In this document: positions 14,581 to 28,195 of the stretch, piece by piece
How positions within the stretch are numbered: position 1 is the first letter of the stretch
How the letters are laid out: each line of letters begins with the position of its first letter
From: Octopus bimaculoides
Lineage: Eukaryota
Length of the DNA: 64,000 nt
Direction: 5' to 3'
Assembly: GCF_001194135.2 (NCBI RefSeq)
Contig: NC_068999.1
Location: 22,320,169-22,384,168, forward strand
Program-made: the position numbers and the translations under genes
Notes under the pieces: generated by a model
The model's database searches: none
What the model was told of the DNA's origin: nothing
What the model saw: the letters and a program-made list of their open reading frames with translations, nothing else

Positions 14581-15739
14581 CCTGTCTTTTTATATATTTT
14601 TTTGAACAGAAAGAGTAGGATCAGGTGGATGAGTTTCAATCCTATATTTGAATTTCATAAGTGGTTGAATATCCTCATTAACTGACCACAGAACCACAAC
14701 TATTACTAGAGACAGACTGTTATAGAATCCATATTACTAGGAGCAGATTGATTTGCATATATAGCATATTCTGAGCAGTTGCCCTCTTTAACAGTTCACA
14801 GCTATCACTACAGCAAAGAAACAAAACACTACTAATGCACCAGTAATTATAGACAAGGCATTTATATCTGTCTATACAAAGTGTTGGTTAAAACTCTAAA
14901 AATGTACTCTGTGGTACAGTAAAGCAAAGTGTTCTCATTTTGAAGTGTTACTCACATATCTTGGAGAGCTGCTGCTACGCATACAAGTGCACAAGTTCCC
15001 ATCCAAAACATCCTCCATCTACCAACATTCTAGAACTAGTAGCATACAAATGAGCCAACAAAATTTTCTACATGGTTCTTGACCAGCTAGAAATAGCAGT
15101 GAACTCTTTCTCAAATCACATTCAACTGTCTTTAAAAAGGACACACTGAATAATGTAATCCTGGCTTTCCTACACATACAGAAATGGTTGGATGGTTGCA
15201 GCCAGAATGTCTTTGATCACAGATCCACTTGATCAGAACCAGCCAGGATCTAAACAATCACTAGAAAACTCTACAATAGCTTCCTTCTGTTACTGTGAAT
15301 TAGCAAGTTATTAAATATTCCTGAGACCTTTACTAAATTCACCATGTCAATACCTAAGTTGCATCCTCTGTAAATTTCTCCCTGCACAGGTTATTTAGTC
15401 ATTTGTTAGCTCTGACAGCAGATCTGTGGTCAAAGACGTTCCAGCTATGACCATCATGACTTTTTTTACAGACAGTATATGTAGAACAACATTATTCATT
15501 ATGTTCTTCCTTTAAAATGTTAAAGTGAAGACGATTTAGTTTCTATTTCTAGGTTGAGCAATGTTTTCTTTATTGGCATCAAGTATAGAAGTTTAAGTCA
15601 AACATCAATAATACTGACCTCACTTACCTCCTCATTAGACTAAATAAACACTTGGCAAAATTATTTAAAAACCTATATGAAAAGTGCACAGGCCAATGTC
15701 TACAAAAGAGATGGCCATGTTGGTAAGTCATGTGTAAGA

Positions 15740-15955
15740 TGGCAAGCTGGCAGAACTGTTAAAAAAGCCAGGAAAAATGCTTAGCAGCATTTCATCTGTC
15801 TTTACATTCCGAGTTCAAATTCCATCAAGGTCAACTTTGCCTTTCATCCTTTCAGGGTTGATAAAATAAGTACCAACTGAACACTGGGGGTCAATCTAAT
15901 TGACTAAGCCCCTCCCCCAAAATTGCTGGCCTTGTGCCAAACTTTGAAACTAATA
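15740..15955 (+). mobile_element. tRNA-type SINE family C (core ctttcatcctttcggggtcgataaa..aagtacc, Meta/MESC-like), CpG-decayed
   Basis: Head ggcaagctggcagaa..ttagc, B-box-like gagttcaaattc. Homologous to the copies at 28000, 42260-42875 and 47660. Confidence 0.7.
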
Positions 15956-17214
15956 TGTAAGTCATGTGTATGGTGCATGCTTAGTGAAAAATGAATGTTA
16001 TTACAGTGATAGTAGACTGAGAAAAATTAAGCAAGAAATATTTTAGACTTGAGAACATCAGATTTCACAGATCAAATGAAGTATGACCAAGTCAAATGGA
16101 GATACATTGAAGTGCAATGATAATGATGAGCACAAAATACTCAGTTGTTTTGTATGGTAAACCATGTTACCAACATGCCTTATATTCAATGTTTTAAAAG
16201 CCCAAATCATTTAAATAGTTCTTGGTTATATGAAAAATTACAATTGTTTAAGTTATGAGGTACCATTTTACAACTTTACAAGATTTAAAGTTTGTTTCCT
16301 TGTTTTTGGTACTGAATTAATGTGGCATTAAATTTTGGTGATTCTCTAATAACTCAATGAGCCCAAGTGCTTTGTTCAATGATACAACCTTCCTGTTTAA
16401 AATTATCTAAATTAAAACTTTCCATTAAGATTTCATGTTAATTTATGTTTGGTTCAATTCTTCATTACTTTCAAAATTAATTGAAACAAAGTAAGTATAT
16501 TTTAACAAAAATATACAACAATGGAGTAAAGAAATAAATGTCTAAAATACATTAAACTTCTGCCGAAGATCTGCTTTTTAAATGAAAATTGAAAATAAAA
16601 GCTAAGTAAAATTTTCTCTCAAATATTAAAGAAAACCTGTTTTGGGAATACTCTATGAAAAAGTGGTTTAAAATATGCTTCAGTTAGCCTTGCAGAGAGA
16701 AATGAGTAAATTTTCAAATAATGATATTCATAATAAATTGATATTCTCTATCTAATGTAACCTTTTATTTAATTTACTTAATGATTCAAATTCCATAAGT
16801 AAATGCTACACTTAAACCCATATTATACTTTTGGAATGTCTGGTTATAGTTTAGGAACTCTAAATTATTGTTTAGAGTGTCCAAATTAAGGTTCAGTCTT
16901 ATGAAATAGAAAGCTAGAATTATGGTGTAGAATATGAAGTGTAAAGTAAGAAGGCAATTATCAACTGAAATGCACATCACACATTGTTCATAGCAAGATA
17001 TATACGTACCAAATGTAGCTTAGAATGAAAGTCTGAAGAAGACACCAATTATTATGTTTTACTTTTGACTCCTCACTAGTTTTTAATCCTTCTCTATTCA
17101 CTGTACAAATTTTTGTATTTGGATAACAGTAACACTATGCTAGATGTAAGAGCAGTACTCCATTATGGATCTTACCTAAGCTTTGTAGAGTAGTCATTGT
17201 TGGTAGCTGAAGTA

Positions 17215-17442
17215 TTGGGTTGTCCGGAAAGTTTGTGCCGATTTATAGTAGGTTACCTTTCGACTTATTTGCCATGAAACCACCTCAATTCTGGGAAGAA
17301 GGTATTTTCAAGTTAAAGGGAAGATGGAGACACGTTGTGCAACAAAATGGTTTATATTTGGTTGATTAAAAATGTAATGGCAACTATTTATTGACCTTTT
17401 ACTTTCCTTTAAAAATCGGCACAAACTTTCCAGACAACCCAA
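17215..17442 (+). mobile_element. Mariner-derived miniature element (228 bp)
   Basis: 30-bp TIRs TTGGGTTGTC(C/T)GGAAAGTTTGTGCCGATTT with 1 mismatch. TA TSD at 17213-14 and 17443-44. Interior keeps a mariner transposase C-terminus FAMKPPQFWEEGIFKLKGRWRHVVQQNGLYLVD*. Confidence 0.9.
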
Positions 17443-17503
17443 TATTTTCTGGTTTTGAAGAGGAAAGCCAGACTTTGTGATAGTGTTTGCTATGATGAGT
17501 ATC

Positions 17504-17973
17504 TACATTTATCAGGAGAAATCTTCAGTGATGACAATATCTCTCATTTGTAGTAAGTCTGAGGGTTCTAGTTGCATGCAGTTTTTATGTGGAATAATGT
17601 TTTCTTGATATGTCCAGTGATTGTCTTCATGTGCTATTGAAGAAACAATATTAGTATGGCTCAGTTGAAGAATGTTTTTGAGATCTCTATTCACAGAGTC
17701 AGCCAGATCTGGTCCAAGATGTCTGGGTCACACATGGATGGTGCTTGGGTGCAGAAAGTTAACGAAAATGATGGCTGACTCTGTGAATAGAGATCTCAAA
17801 AACATTCTCCAACTGAGCCATACTAATATTGTTTCTTCAATAGCACATGAAGACAATCACTGGACATATCAAGAAAACATTATTCCATATAAAAACTGCA
17901 TGCAACTAGAACCCTCAGACTTACTACAAATGAGAGATATTGTCATTACTGAAGATTTCTCCTGATAAATGTA
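17504..17973. repeat. Long near-perfect inverted repeat (202-bp arms, 66-bp spacer)
   Basis: Arms 17504-17705 and 17772-17973 match at 199/202 positions. The mirror ORFs 17512..17694(-) and 17672..17965(+) give the same peptide. Confidence 0.95.
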
Positions 17974-18860
17974 AAGTATTGTAGGAAGAGATATTGTCAC
18001 TGTATAGGAAGAGTGTAACAAAACCAATAGAATATGTGTAAGAGAAAGCTCCATTAGCACATAACAAAATGACATAGACTGATAGCTACCAACCCAAATG
18101 ATTTCACTAAAGAAAAAATATATCATACTGAAGGGAAGGGCAGAATAAGACAGAGACAATTCTACAAGTAGTTTTGATTATACAAAAATTATAAAAAAAT
18201 TAAGGGGTCAAATGTAATTTGCAATTGATTTCAAGAAATAAAAGCAGAAATTATTTCTCTAAAATACTGCATTAAAACATCGCACACACACAGTACTCTT
18301 TGGCCCCACAAAGAGAAGTCCAAATTTTGGAACATGTCTTGCATTATGTTCTTATATATTTCAAAATAAATTCATAAACATGTGAAAATAAAAGATACCA
18401 AGAAAAATTAAATGAACTTTTAGTTTTGTTTGTTCTTAAGTAGTGAAGCATACGCAATGTGCATTAAGATCAGGGTACTATAGTATCATTATATTGATCT
18501 TGAACCATTTTCCAGTGCTCAAACAAGCATAATATTTTAGGCGAATCTAATTCTGTAAATTAATTGATGGTCTGTCTCTGAAACACTGAGTCTGACTTGA
18601 AAATTAGTGGAAAGAGAAAAAGAAATGACAAAAAGTCATACTACAATATTATCAAACGTGGACCTTCTATTGTAAAAAAAAGACATCTTTTTTTTTATTT
18701 TTGAAGTAGCTATACTATTTGTTGCTTCACCTTCTATATACATTGAAACATGTATACATATATATTTTCATAAACATATTTAAACATACACATGTATATA
18801 CATATGATAGTATACACACATGCACACACTTTCACATACATAAGAAAATATATATGTAAT

Positions 18861-18967
18861 AGGTGCAGGAGTGCCTGTGTGGTAAGTAGTTTGCTTCCCA
18901 ACCACATGGTTCCGAGTTCAGTCCCACTGTGAGTGGATCTGGTAGATGGAGACTGAAAGAAGCCCAT

Positions 18968-19024
<57 letters not shown>

Positions 19025-19110
19025 TGGAAGGACATCGGGCCACAGAAAATCTGCCTTAACAAATTCCATCTCTGATCTATGTGGGCATAGAACAGTAGAT
19101 GTTAAATGAT
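18861..19110 (+). mobile_element. tRNA-head SINE family B (ggcgcaggagtggctgtgtggtaag...), internally deleted copy with microsatellite and RTE-like tail
   Basis: A/B-box-like head (gtggtaag...ggttccgagttcagtccc). Homologous copies at ~23805, 27041, 56497 (+) and ~21920, 33100, 35085, 58610 (-). Confidence 0.7.
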
Positions 19111-19126
19111 GATAACAATGATGATG

Positions 19127-19166
<40 letters not shown>

Positions 19167-22100
19167 TACATGTGTTTAGCTTTATGTCTTGACATATATT
19201 GCAAACATATGTATATGAGTGTTTTTCTCATATCTGTATCTCAAACACTTGTAGTTTTTGTTTGGAATAATAAAGTTTCTAAATTCAGTTCTTATCAGTA
19301 TTTGCAGACTATTTCAGCCTTGTCTTCAGGATATGGAGTGGTGTGGGTTTCTGTTCTGTCCCTTTTTGTCATAAGTGGATTTTGTTATGCATACTTTACT
19401 GCCAGAATTTATCCATGAAGAGTTCCCTGCCATCAGATGTGTATTGTGGTCTTTAATAATGTACATCTCTGGTGGCATGCTTATTTTGTCTGTGACTTGT
19501 GGGTGTCCTCCAATATATTCAAGACTGTATGGAATCAGTTTCAAATGCAACTAAATGTAAGCTTGAAATTTACAGAAAAACAAAAAACGAAGACAGGTGT
19601 GTAAACAACAAGCAGGTGTATTAGTTTGAAACTCGGGAAGGTGAGAAAGTCTTTTAAGTTTTGAGCCTATGCTCTACAACAGAAGGGAACACGAGGAAAT
19701 AAACAGAGAGAGAATAAAAAATTTGTCGATTTAGTGGTCAATCATGGCGACTACTGAGATCTGGAAATACCATCAAGTGAAGATGATGGGGTCTAACTTG
19801 AATGAAGTTGTTAAAGTATCAAATTTCCATTTTGCCAAAATTTATTTTATAATGTATGTACATGACTGAAAGCATGATTCAATACAGCAATGAGTAATAA
19901 GTGCTATGAGGGAAAAATTCATGGTTCATGAAAGTTCATCAAGTTGGGAAGAGATGGGAGGAGCAAACAAAAAAAGCCCATGAGTAATCTACTTCAAAAG
20001 TTTTTAAGAAGCTAAATGCAAAGAAAATACCATTGAAATATTTTCTCACACATTAACACGAAACTGTACTTCAAACTCTTCATCTATACAAGATGTGAAA
20101 GAAAAAATATAAGAAGTAGATCCTTAATGAGAGAAAGACAATCACTATAAGAAGCCATCTACAATTTCAATGTTGTTGTTAAGTGAAGGTATTGACTTTT
20201 TGTGTCATTTAACTTTAATGAACTCTACTACACATGGAAAAATAAAACTCATTACTGCCAAGGCACTTAACAGTAGGTAGCAACTTCGACAACTATTCCA
20301 TATAGTGACTCCTTAGCCAAATATTAACTAATTATCATTGTAAAGAGTTAAACTAATTTGTGCAACCTCAATATTTGCAATTGGTTAATTAACATTCAGA
20401 AAAAATTTTATTTGTAAATTAATGTTAAAAGTAACCATTAACGCCAATAAAATTTTTTAATTCAGGTTTTAACATCTTTACCAGGTTCAGCATGTTTATT
20501 TCACTCTCCCTTCTATTACCAAAAGCTGTCAGTATATTGGAAATTATTCCAGTTTCAAAGCATTAAGAGGCTTAAGAGCATCTCTGCACTAGAACAGCAT
20601 TTGATTTGTCACGAGTGTTTGTAGTCAGCACTACCATCTCACTGATCTTGATTTTTACAGTGGGTATTCCTTGCATAACCTATTAATCCATAGCTATCAT
20701 TTTAAGTATTTTGCTCAATGATATAGCCAAGTCCTGGTGATAGGATGTAAACCATTGACCCTTTGGCCAGTAGGGCAACCAACTTGACCAATCAGAATTT
20801 TTATCACATTCAAATACTTTACTGAAATCAAAATAGACTTCAGTTATTAATGTATATGAAATCATAGGACAAATTAACAAAATTATCATCTAGGTATCAT
20901 ACTTAATGTAAATACATCCTTGAAGTGCAATTTGCTGCTGTATTTGTCCAGAGTTAACATCTTCTATGGACATGCTGTGTTTAAAAGCACAATAAATATT
21001 GGAGGGAAAAGAAAATCATCCAGTACTGACTTACAAGAATGCCAAATGCATTTTGACCTAGTTTGCCCTTGTCATAGGCATGTACTCATACATCATTTAA
21101 TGCTGCTTCTATTGCATCATCATCATAGTTTAACGTCTGTCTTCCATGCTGGCATGAGTTGGACGGTTTGACTGGGGTCTGGCAGCATATAATGAATTTT
21201 TATTCAGCCAGGTAGCTATTTTCAATACCACTGAAGGTAACAAGATTTTGTCTAAGCATATGGTTGGCTGTGAGTACATGTCATTAAGAAGGGCCATTGA
21301 TGCATTTCAGCATCTGACAGCCTTGCTAGCCACTACTAGCATGATTTCCATCATCTTCTGATATATATTGTGTTTTTAAACACAGCACATTCATAAAAGA
21401 TGTTATCTTAGGATGAATACCACAGTAAATTGCCTTTCAACAATGTATTTACATCAAGTATCATACAAAGATGGTTACTTTAATCTAATACTGCTTCCAT
21501 TGCATATAACAGACAAATTAGCAATCTTAACTGTTTCATTTTCATCATTGATTTAAAACAATGAACCCCGACCTTTTCATTATCAAGGACTTCTTTATTT
21601 ACATCAATGTGCACCCAGAACTAACATAGGCAATCAAAAAGTCTGCCATCAGTCATTTTAATGTCTTCTTTACCATGCTAACATGGGTAATATAAAGTTT
21701 ATTAAGGCAGATTTTCAACTGGTGGATGACCTTCCTATCACCACCTTCCACTTGTTTCCAAGCAAAGTAATATTTCTCCATTGCTAGACATGTTTTTGCA
21801 GAATATTGGAAATGAATGACATTGTTTATGTGACAATGTCACTCATTTACAACTGTCATGTCATGTCAAGACAAGGGAGACACAAAACACACACATATTA
21901 CACACACATGATGGACTTCTATCAGTTCCCATTTGTCAAACCCACTCACAAGGCTTTGGTCAGTCTGGGACTATAGCAGAAGACACTTGCCCAAGGTGCC
22001 AGTGGAACTGAACCTGAAACCATGTAGTTATCAAGGAAACTTTTCAGAGTCACACCTGTGCTGAATCAACAAATTTTGAATTCAGCTCACAAACCCTCAG

Positions 22101-23629
22101 TACTTCCTTTGAGGTCCCTTAGGGGCCTGCAGATCCCAGGTTGGAAACTACAGGTTTAGCGTAAGTTTCTTACATGAAATATGAGTTTAACTATTTCAAT
22201 CTTTAGTTGAGATATGTTAAAATTTAAGGAATAGTTATGATACTCTTTTCTACACAGAGCATTTTTCATGGAACAATACATCTCATATAATCATGGGTTA
22301 CATACTAACAGTTCTATGTGTACATGTTTGTCATTTAAAACCTACAGCTGTAAAACAGGTATAGTACATTCAAGAGAAAATGTTTGATATTATGAAGAGC
22401 TGAATGCAAAGAAATGTGAAGCAGACAATGCTCCCACAAATGTGACAGCTTCCTTCATAATACACAATTCACTTTGGAAAAGATGCAAACGATAAAAAAG
22501 CAACAGGGCACCTTCTTGGTGATAACGTTGCAACTAGAATCGAGTTTGGCATGTAAGTCTAACTGTAAATGGAATGGAATTGTCAATAGCACGAAAGCTA
22601 GCATTTTCTATGTCGAGCTTAATATTTTTGAATGCAGTAATATTTTCTTGAAGAATAGGTAAATTGAAGCATTTCATTAAAATATTTTATCAGAAAAATA
22701 TGCCACCCATTTGCTTAATAAACAAGCTACCCAGAAGTAGGAACTTTAAGGCATTTAAGAAGAAGCAATCTTTCAGAATCAGGTGTTATTTTGTTGTTGT
22801 AGATGCAATACCCAAAGAAAATTGATAATTGAGTTATATATTTTTCTTTTCTTGTGTTTTACCAGCAAGAACTTGTGACATCTTTCACAAGTAATAGAAA
22901 TGCCTGTGGGTTTCTGTCATGATCTTACATGGAGTTAGTGCATACAATAATGCCATCTAAATACAAATAGGCAGATGTTTCTGCAACATAACTGAGTTCA
23001 TTACACATTGAAAACCTGCCAGTGTACATGAAGCCAAATGGAAATCTTATATATATATTAATACAAAAGTCCCAAGGCTTGAAAAATAGTTGAAGTTTGG
23101 TCTTTAATCACCAGTTGTAGTTCATTACAGGCAGGTTTCATATCAATTTTGATAAAATATAGAGGCTGCAACACAGTATACATTTAGTAAAAAATGACCG
23201 GCACTAGAAAAGCATCAAGATGTGTGTGAATGTTAATAATGGCTGAGAAATCAATAACAAAGTGTCATTTGTGATTTTGGTATTCAGAAAGGATATCCAG
23301 CCAGAAAAATACTGTCTCAAAAATGAAACAATAACGAATACAACTAAGACCGTCAAGGGGCCTGCAAGGTTAACCACTACTTCAGCAATAAAAGATGCCC
23401 TTTAAAATGTTTAATGAAGAAATGTGTGTGTGTGTAGGGGGGGCGTTAGAATTGTAAATGTGACAATGTGTACTCAATACATGTAGTAGAATTTATTTGT
23501 TTGATGAAAGTTGATGAGTCATTCCCACACAACTTAGAGTTTCACACAATGTTTTATTTCGCCAGAATGAATACCTTTCATAGAAACTAGTAGCCTGGGA
23601 GTGAATCACCAACTTCATACAAATATATA

Positions 23630-23664
<35 letters not shown>

Positions 23665-24118
23665 CATCATCATCATCATCATCATTAAATGTCTGCCTTC
23701 CATCCTAGCATGGGCAGGACATTATATATGTAAACACACACACAAACAAACATAATTGTATGAAGTCAATGATACACACACACACACACACACACACATT
23801 ATGTGCATAAGCATGGTTGTGTGGTAAAAAGAACTTGCTTCTCCACAATGTTATCTCAAGTTAGTACCACCAAATGGTACCTTGGTCAAGTGTCTTCTGC
23901 TACAGCTCCAAGCCAACCAAATCCTTATGAGTGGATTTGAAAGTTGGAAACTCAAAGAAGCCCGTCATGTAGATAGATGGCGTGTGTGCCCTAGTCTTGA
24001 CATCATGTGATGGTTGTAAATGAGCATTAATGTCCTACAATGTTCATCATTTCCAATCTTTTGCGGTAAAGCATATCTGGCTATGGGAAATATTACATTG
24101 CCTGGAAACAGGTTAGGG

Positions 24119-24304
24119 CAGTGCTCCACAACCTTTTTCAATTTGTGGTACACTTACATTCTTTTCAAAATTCGGCAGCACACCTGAACTAAAAATATAA
24201 CTAGAAGTATAAGGAAAAAAATTATATTCAAATTACACTGAGGCACACCTAACATCAACACATGGAACACTAGTGTGCCACGGCATATTGATTGCGGAGC
24301 ACTG
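24119..24304. mobile_element. hAT/Charlie-type MITE
   Basis: TIRs CAGTGCTCC(A/G)CAA. Degenerate 8-bp flanks GGTTAGGG / GACTAGAG with central TA. Internal ggcacac..gtgtgcc. Inserted in an RTE-tail SINE. Confidence 0.7.
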
Positions 24305-24546
24305 GACTAGAGTTGACAACAGGAATGTAGAAAATTTTGTCTGACCTTAAATGATGATAGATTTATGAATGTCTTTCTGTGCGAATGTGTATGTGTACAT
24401 ACATTATGTGTATGTGTATGAACATACATTATGTGTGTGTGTGAGAATATATATGTTTCTATGTATATGTAAATATTTATGTATGTATATATACATGTAT
24501 GCGTGTGTGTGTGTATATGTATGTGATATATTTGTGTGTAAATAAA

Positions 24547-24610
<64 letters not shown>

Positions 24611-25507
24611 ATATAAGCATATGTGTATAAATATGTATATACATATTTGTAAGTATTTGTGTGCATGCATGTGTGTATATATATATATGTGTGTGGATGT
24701 GTGTGTGTGTGTAACTATATACACACATAACATATTTTGGTATGTGCTGAAAGTATTCTATTATACACTTGGGCATTTCAATTTATTATACACTGACACA
24801 TTTGAACTCCTCTTTGTTGTTAACCACAATGTTTCAACCCTTTTATCATTCTCCGGTGCTTCCTCAGATGACTGTTATGTTGCATAATGTATTGTTCTTG
24901 GGATTTCAAGTCAGTAGAATGAGATGGTGAGCATAAGCAATGATTGCATATTAAGTGTTGTAGTTTTCCTGATGGGAATGAATTCAATCTCTGAGTTAGT
25001 CCAATCTATGTACACTTTCATTCAAATGGAATGAGCAAGCAGTATCACAAGAAAGACAATAATTAATACAAATAATTGATATATATAACAAAAAGGCCTG
25101 GTGGGAACCCTAACCTTCTGAATTCTTTTACAGGGCTTAGGAAAACTGAAGGATTGCTGCAATAAGTGTGTGAATCTGAGAGGAGAATATGTTGAATAAA
25201 ATCATAACTGATTCTCCTACATTTTCTTTTACCCAAAGCCAGGAACTTTACAGCACCTTATGTGTGAATATATATACATATACATGGCAGTTGTCTACTC
25301 CTTATGCAGAGTCTCACCACCTCCTGTACCTACATCTTAGATCCATCATGGCCTCTGATACGGCTTTTCAAACCAATGTTTTGAAAAGACTCCCACATAG
25401 ATTGCATATGGGCAAACAATTTATTGTAAATTATCATTGTTCCTGAACATTGTCTTCTATATATGCAAATATTGGAAAGTAGACGTTAAACGACGATGAC
25501 AACAATA

Positions 25508-25561
<54 letters not shown>

Positions 25562-26965
25562 AACACAAATATTGAACAGTGAGCATAACTGTACAAGACT
25601 ACATTGGATAAATATTCTTTATTTATGGGTTAACAAGGCTACCATTGGTTTCATGCAATGGGAAATTTCTCTTGACATGAACCAACAAATTTTTAACAAA
25701 AGTAGGTTAGATAAACAGGATGTATGACTTATAATTGTATAGCCTTCCAAGGAACAAATAACTATTTCTCTGTAATTGATCTAATGTATCACAAATAAGA
25801 TACTTTGTTCAGTTGAGAACACAGATACATTATAAAGCCTGTTGAAAATTCACTAACCTTGTACATTCACCACTTAAAAATATTTAGATAAGTCATTCTC
25901 AAATAATAGACTTGGCAACATTTCTTGAGTGAAAGAAATGTGTAAATACTCAACTTCAGCATTAAAAACAAAGCTGGGATATAATATGCAAATATATATT
26001 TAAAGCAATTTTGTGGCCATACATGTAACAAGAAATGCTGTTTCATGTTTTAATTATTGAAATGATCAAGAATCATGAGAGAGTTAGTGAAATAACTAAC
26101 TTTCAACTTAATAAAAGAGTAATATATACCAACTGAAATTTATCATTATCTAACACAACTATGAAATTTAACATTATCTAACATAACTATGAAATTTCGA
26201 AAATTTGAACACTTTAATACAGATGGTTTATTGGTATTAAAAGGGTTAAAATTAACTAGATGAATCTAATAAAAGATAAAGAAAGAAATTCAGAAATTAA
26301 GATAGATTGATGAAAGTACCAAATAGTACAACAGTGGAAAAATGAGCTGAAAGTCATTATTTAATCAGGCTCTAAGGCTAATTAAATAATGACTGAAACA
26401 TAATTAAACAAAATAAGCAGCCATCATGTCTTTCTCAAAAGAACTGGTTCCATAAGTAAAGCTGTTCAGCCAAAAATCAAAAGTAGCTCATGAATTCCAT
26501 TTACTGAGAATACTTGATCACATAAAATGTTAAAATAATGATTTCTTAATTAAGTATACACTTTTGTAAGATAGAAATAGTAAAGAATCTTGCTAAACAT
26601 TACAATTGAATGTGCACACTTAGGCAATAATTACTCCCTTCTGAAGGGCAAAAATAATTAGTTCTCTTGATAAAGCAAATGTAACAGGGTGCAGCCAACT
26701 TAATTAAACCTAATATAAAACTGATATGTTAATTGTTAATCTTGCAAAGATGGAAAATGAGGGCAACATCAGCAGGATTCTAATAGTAAAGCTTTGCCTC
26801 AAATATTTAGAAAGCCAGTACTCTAGCTTTTATGTCAACCCACGCAATATCAAATTGTTAAGAATAACTATAATACTACAATAATAGTGTGATATATAGA
26901 ATCAAATAACAGTAACAGTAATATTGTCCTGAGGCAGAAAAGTTTTTTGAAAAAGTTAATATATA

Positions 26966-27019
<54 letters not shown>

Positions 27020-27040
27020 TATATATATTATATTATACTA

Positions 27041-27273
27041 TAGGTGTAGGAATGGCTGTGGTAGAAGCTTGCTTCCCAACCATATGGTTCCAGGTTCAGT
27101 CCTACTGTGTGACACATTGGGCAAGTGTCTTCTACTATAGCCTTGGGCTGACTAAAGCCTTATGAGTGGATTTGGTAGATGGAAACTGAAAGAAGCCNNN
27201 NNNNNNNNNNNNNNNNNNNNNNNNNNNNNNNNNNNNNNNNNNNNNNNNNNNNNNNNNNNNNNNNNNNNNNNNN

Positions 27274-27306
<33 letters not shown>

Positions 27307-27530
27307 GTATATATATGTATGTGTTTGTTGTTCATGGCTGTGTTTGTCACCCCACCATCACTTGACAACCGATGATGGTATGTTTACGTCCCTGTCACTT
27401 AGCAGTTCGGCAAAACAGATAAAAAAAATAAGTACTAGGCTTACAAAGAATAAGTCCTGGGGTCGATTTATTTGACTAAAAGTGGTGCTCCAGCATGACT
27501 GCAGTCAAATGACTGAAACAAGTAAAAGAA
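27041..27530 (+). mobile_element. SINE family B, long form spanning a gap and a (TA)n tract
   Basis: Head at 27041-27197. 3' module gtttgtcacccc...ggtgctccagcatgactgcagtcaaatgactgaaacaagtaaaag at 27320-27530. Confidence 0.7.
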
Positions 27531-27572
<42 letters not shown>

Positions 27573-27639
27573 AATCAGTCTACTTCACTACAATAAACAA
27601 CTAATTTTTATTGCAAAGCAAAATCTTTATATTTGAGGG

Positions 27640-27980
27640 AACCTTTACTTGATTGCTTAACTTGCAGCAAATAGCAACCACGTCACCCTCAAATCACACC
27701 CCTACTATTTTCAAATCAGAAAGAACACAATGGACAATGTTCAAGTCATTAGCATACAAAAAGAACCAGAGGTTTTGCTGGATCATGGCTAATAGAGAAG
27801 CTTCTTTAAGTTCACCCAACTTGCTAGAAACAGTACCTCAAATCACGTTCTTAGTGTCTTAAATGAAGGAAGAACACACTGTATAATATAGTAGTCCATT
27901 ATGTTAAAAAAAGATGGGATGGCCATGATTGAAACGTTGACTTGATCAGAGTTGACACTTGGTGCTAAACAACAACAAAT
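27640..27980 (+). repeat. Dispersed repeat family (gctagaaatagcagccaaatctccctcaaatcacacc... ending ctaaacaacaac), likely a LINE/SINE 3' end
   Basis: Related copies at about 14950-15260, 28790-29000 and 35310-35530. Confidence 0.5.
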
Positions 27981-27999
27981 TTTACTAATCCTGAAGGTG

Positions 28000-28195
28000 G
28001 CAAACTAGTAGAATCATTAGCACAGTAAGCAAAATGCTTAGCGGCATTTCATCCGTCTTTACTTTCTGAGTTTAAATTCTGCTGAGATTGACTTTATGTT
28101 TTATCCTCTTGAAGTTGATAAAATAAGTACCAGTTAAAAACTGTAGTCAATGTTTCTCCCTGAAACTTCTGGCTTTGCACCAAAATTTGAAACCA
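28000..28195 (+). mobile_element. SINE family C copy, CpG-decayed
   Basis: Homology to the 15740 and 47660 copies. Confidence 0.65.

Noticed and set aside
15740-15830. tRNA genes at SINE heads (also 18861, 27041, 47661, 56497)
   Set aside because: Only A/B-box-like remnants; no complete cloverleaf, and they run into SINE bodies.
17512-17965. Twin ORFs with identical peptide as duplicated genes
   Set aside because: Mirror images of the inverted repeat, with no recognisable domain.
24307-24887. YI/HT/CV-rich ORFs here and at 100-773, 18734-19231, 26947-27475, 32215-32659 and 48681-48937
   Set aside because: Translations of microsatellites.
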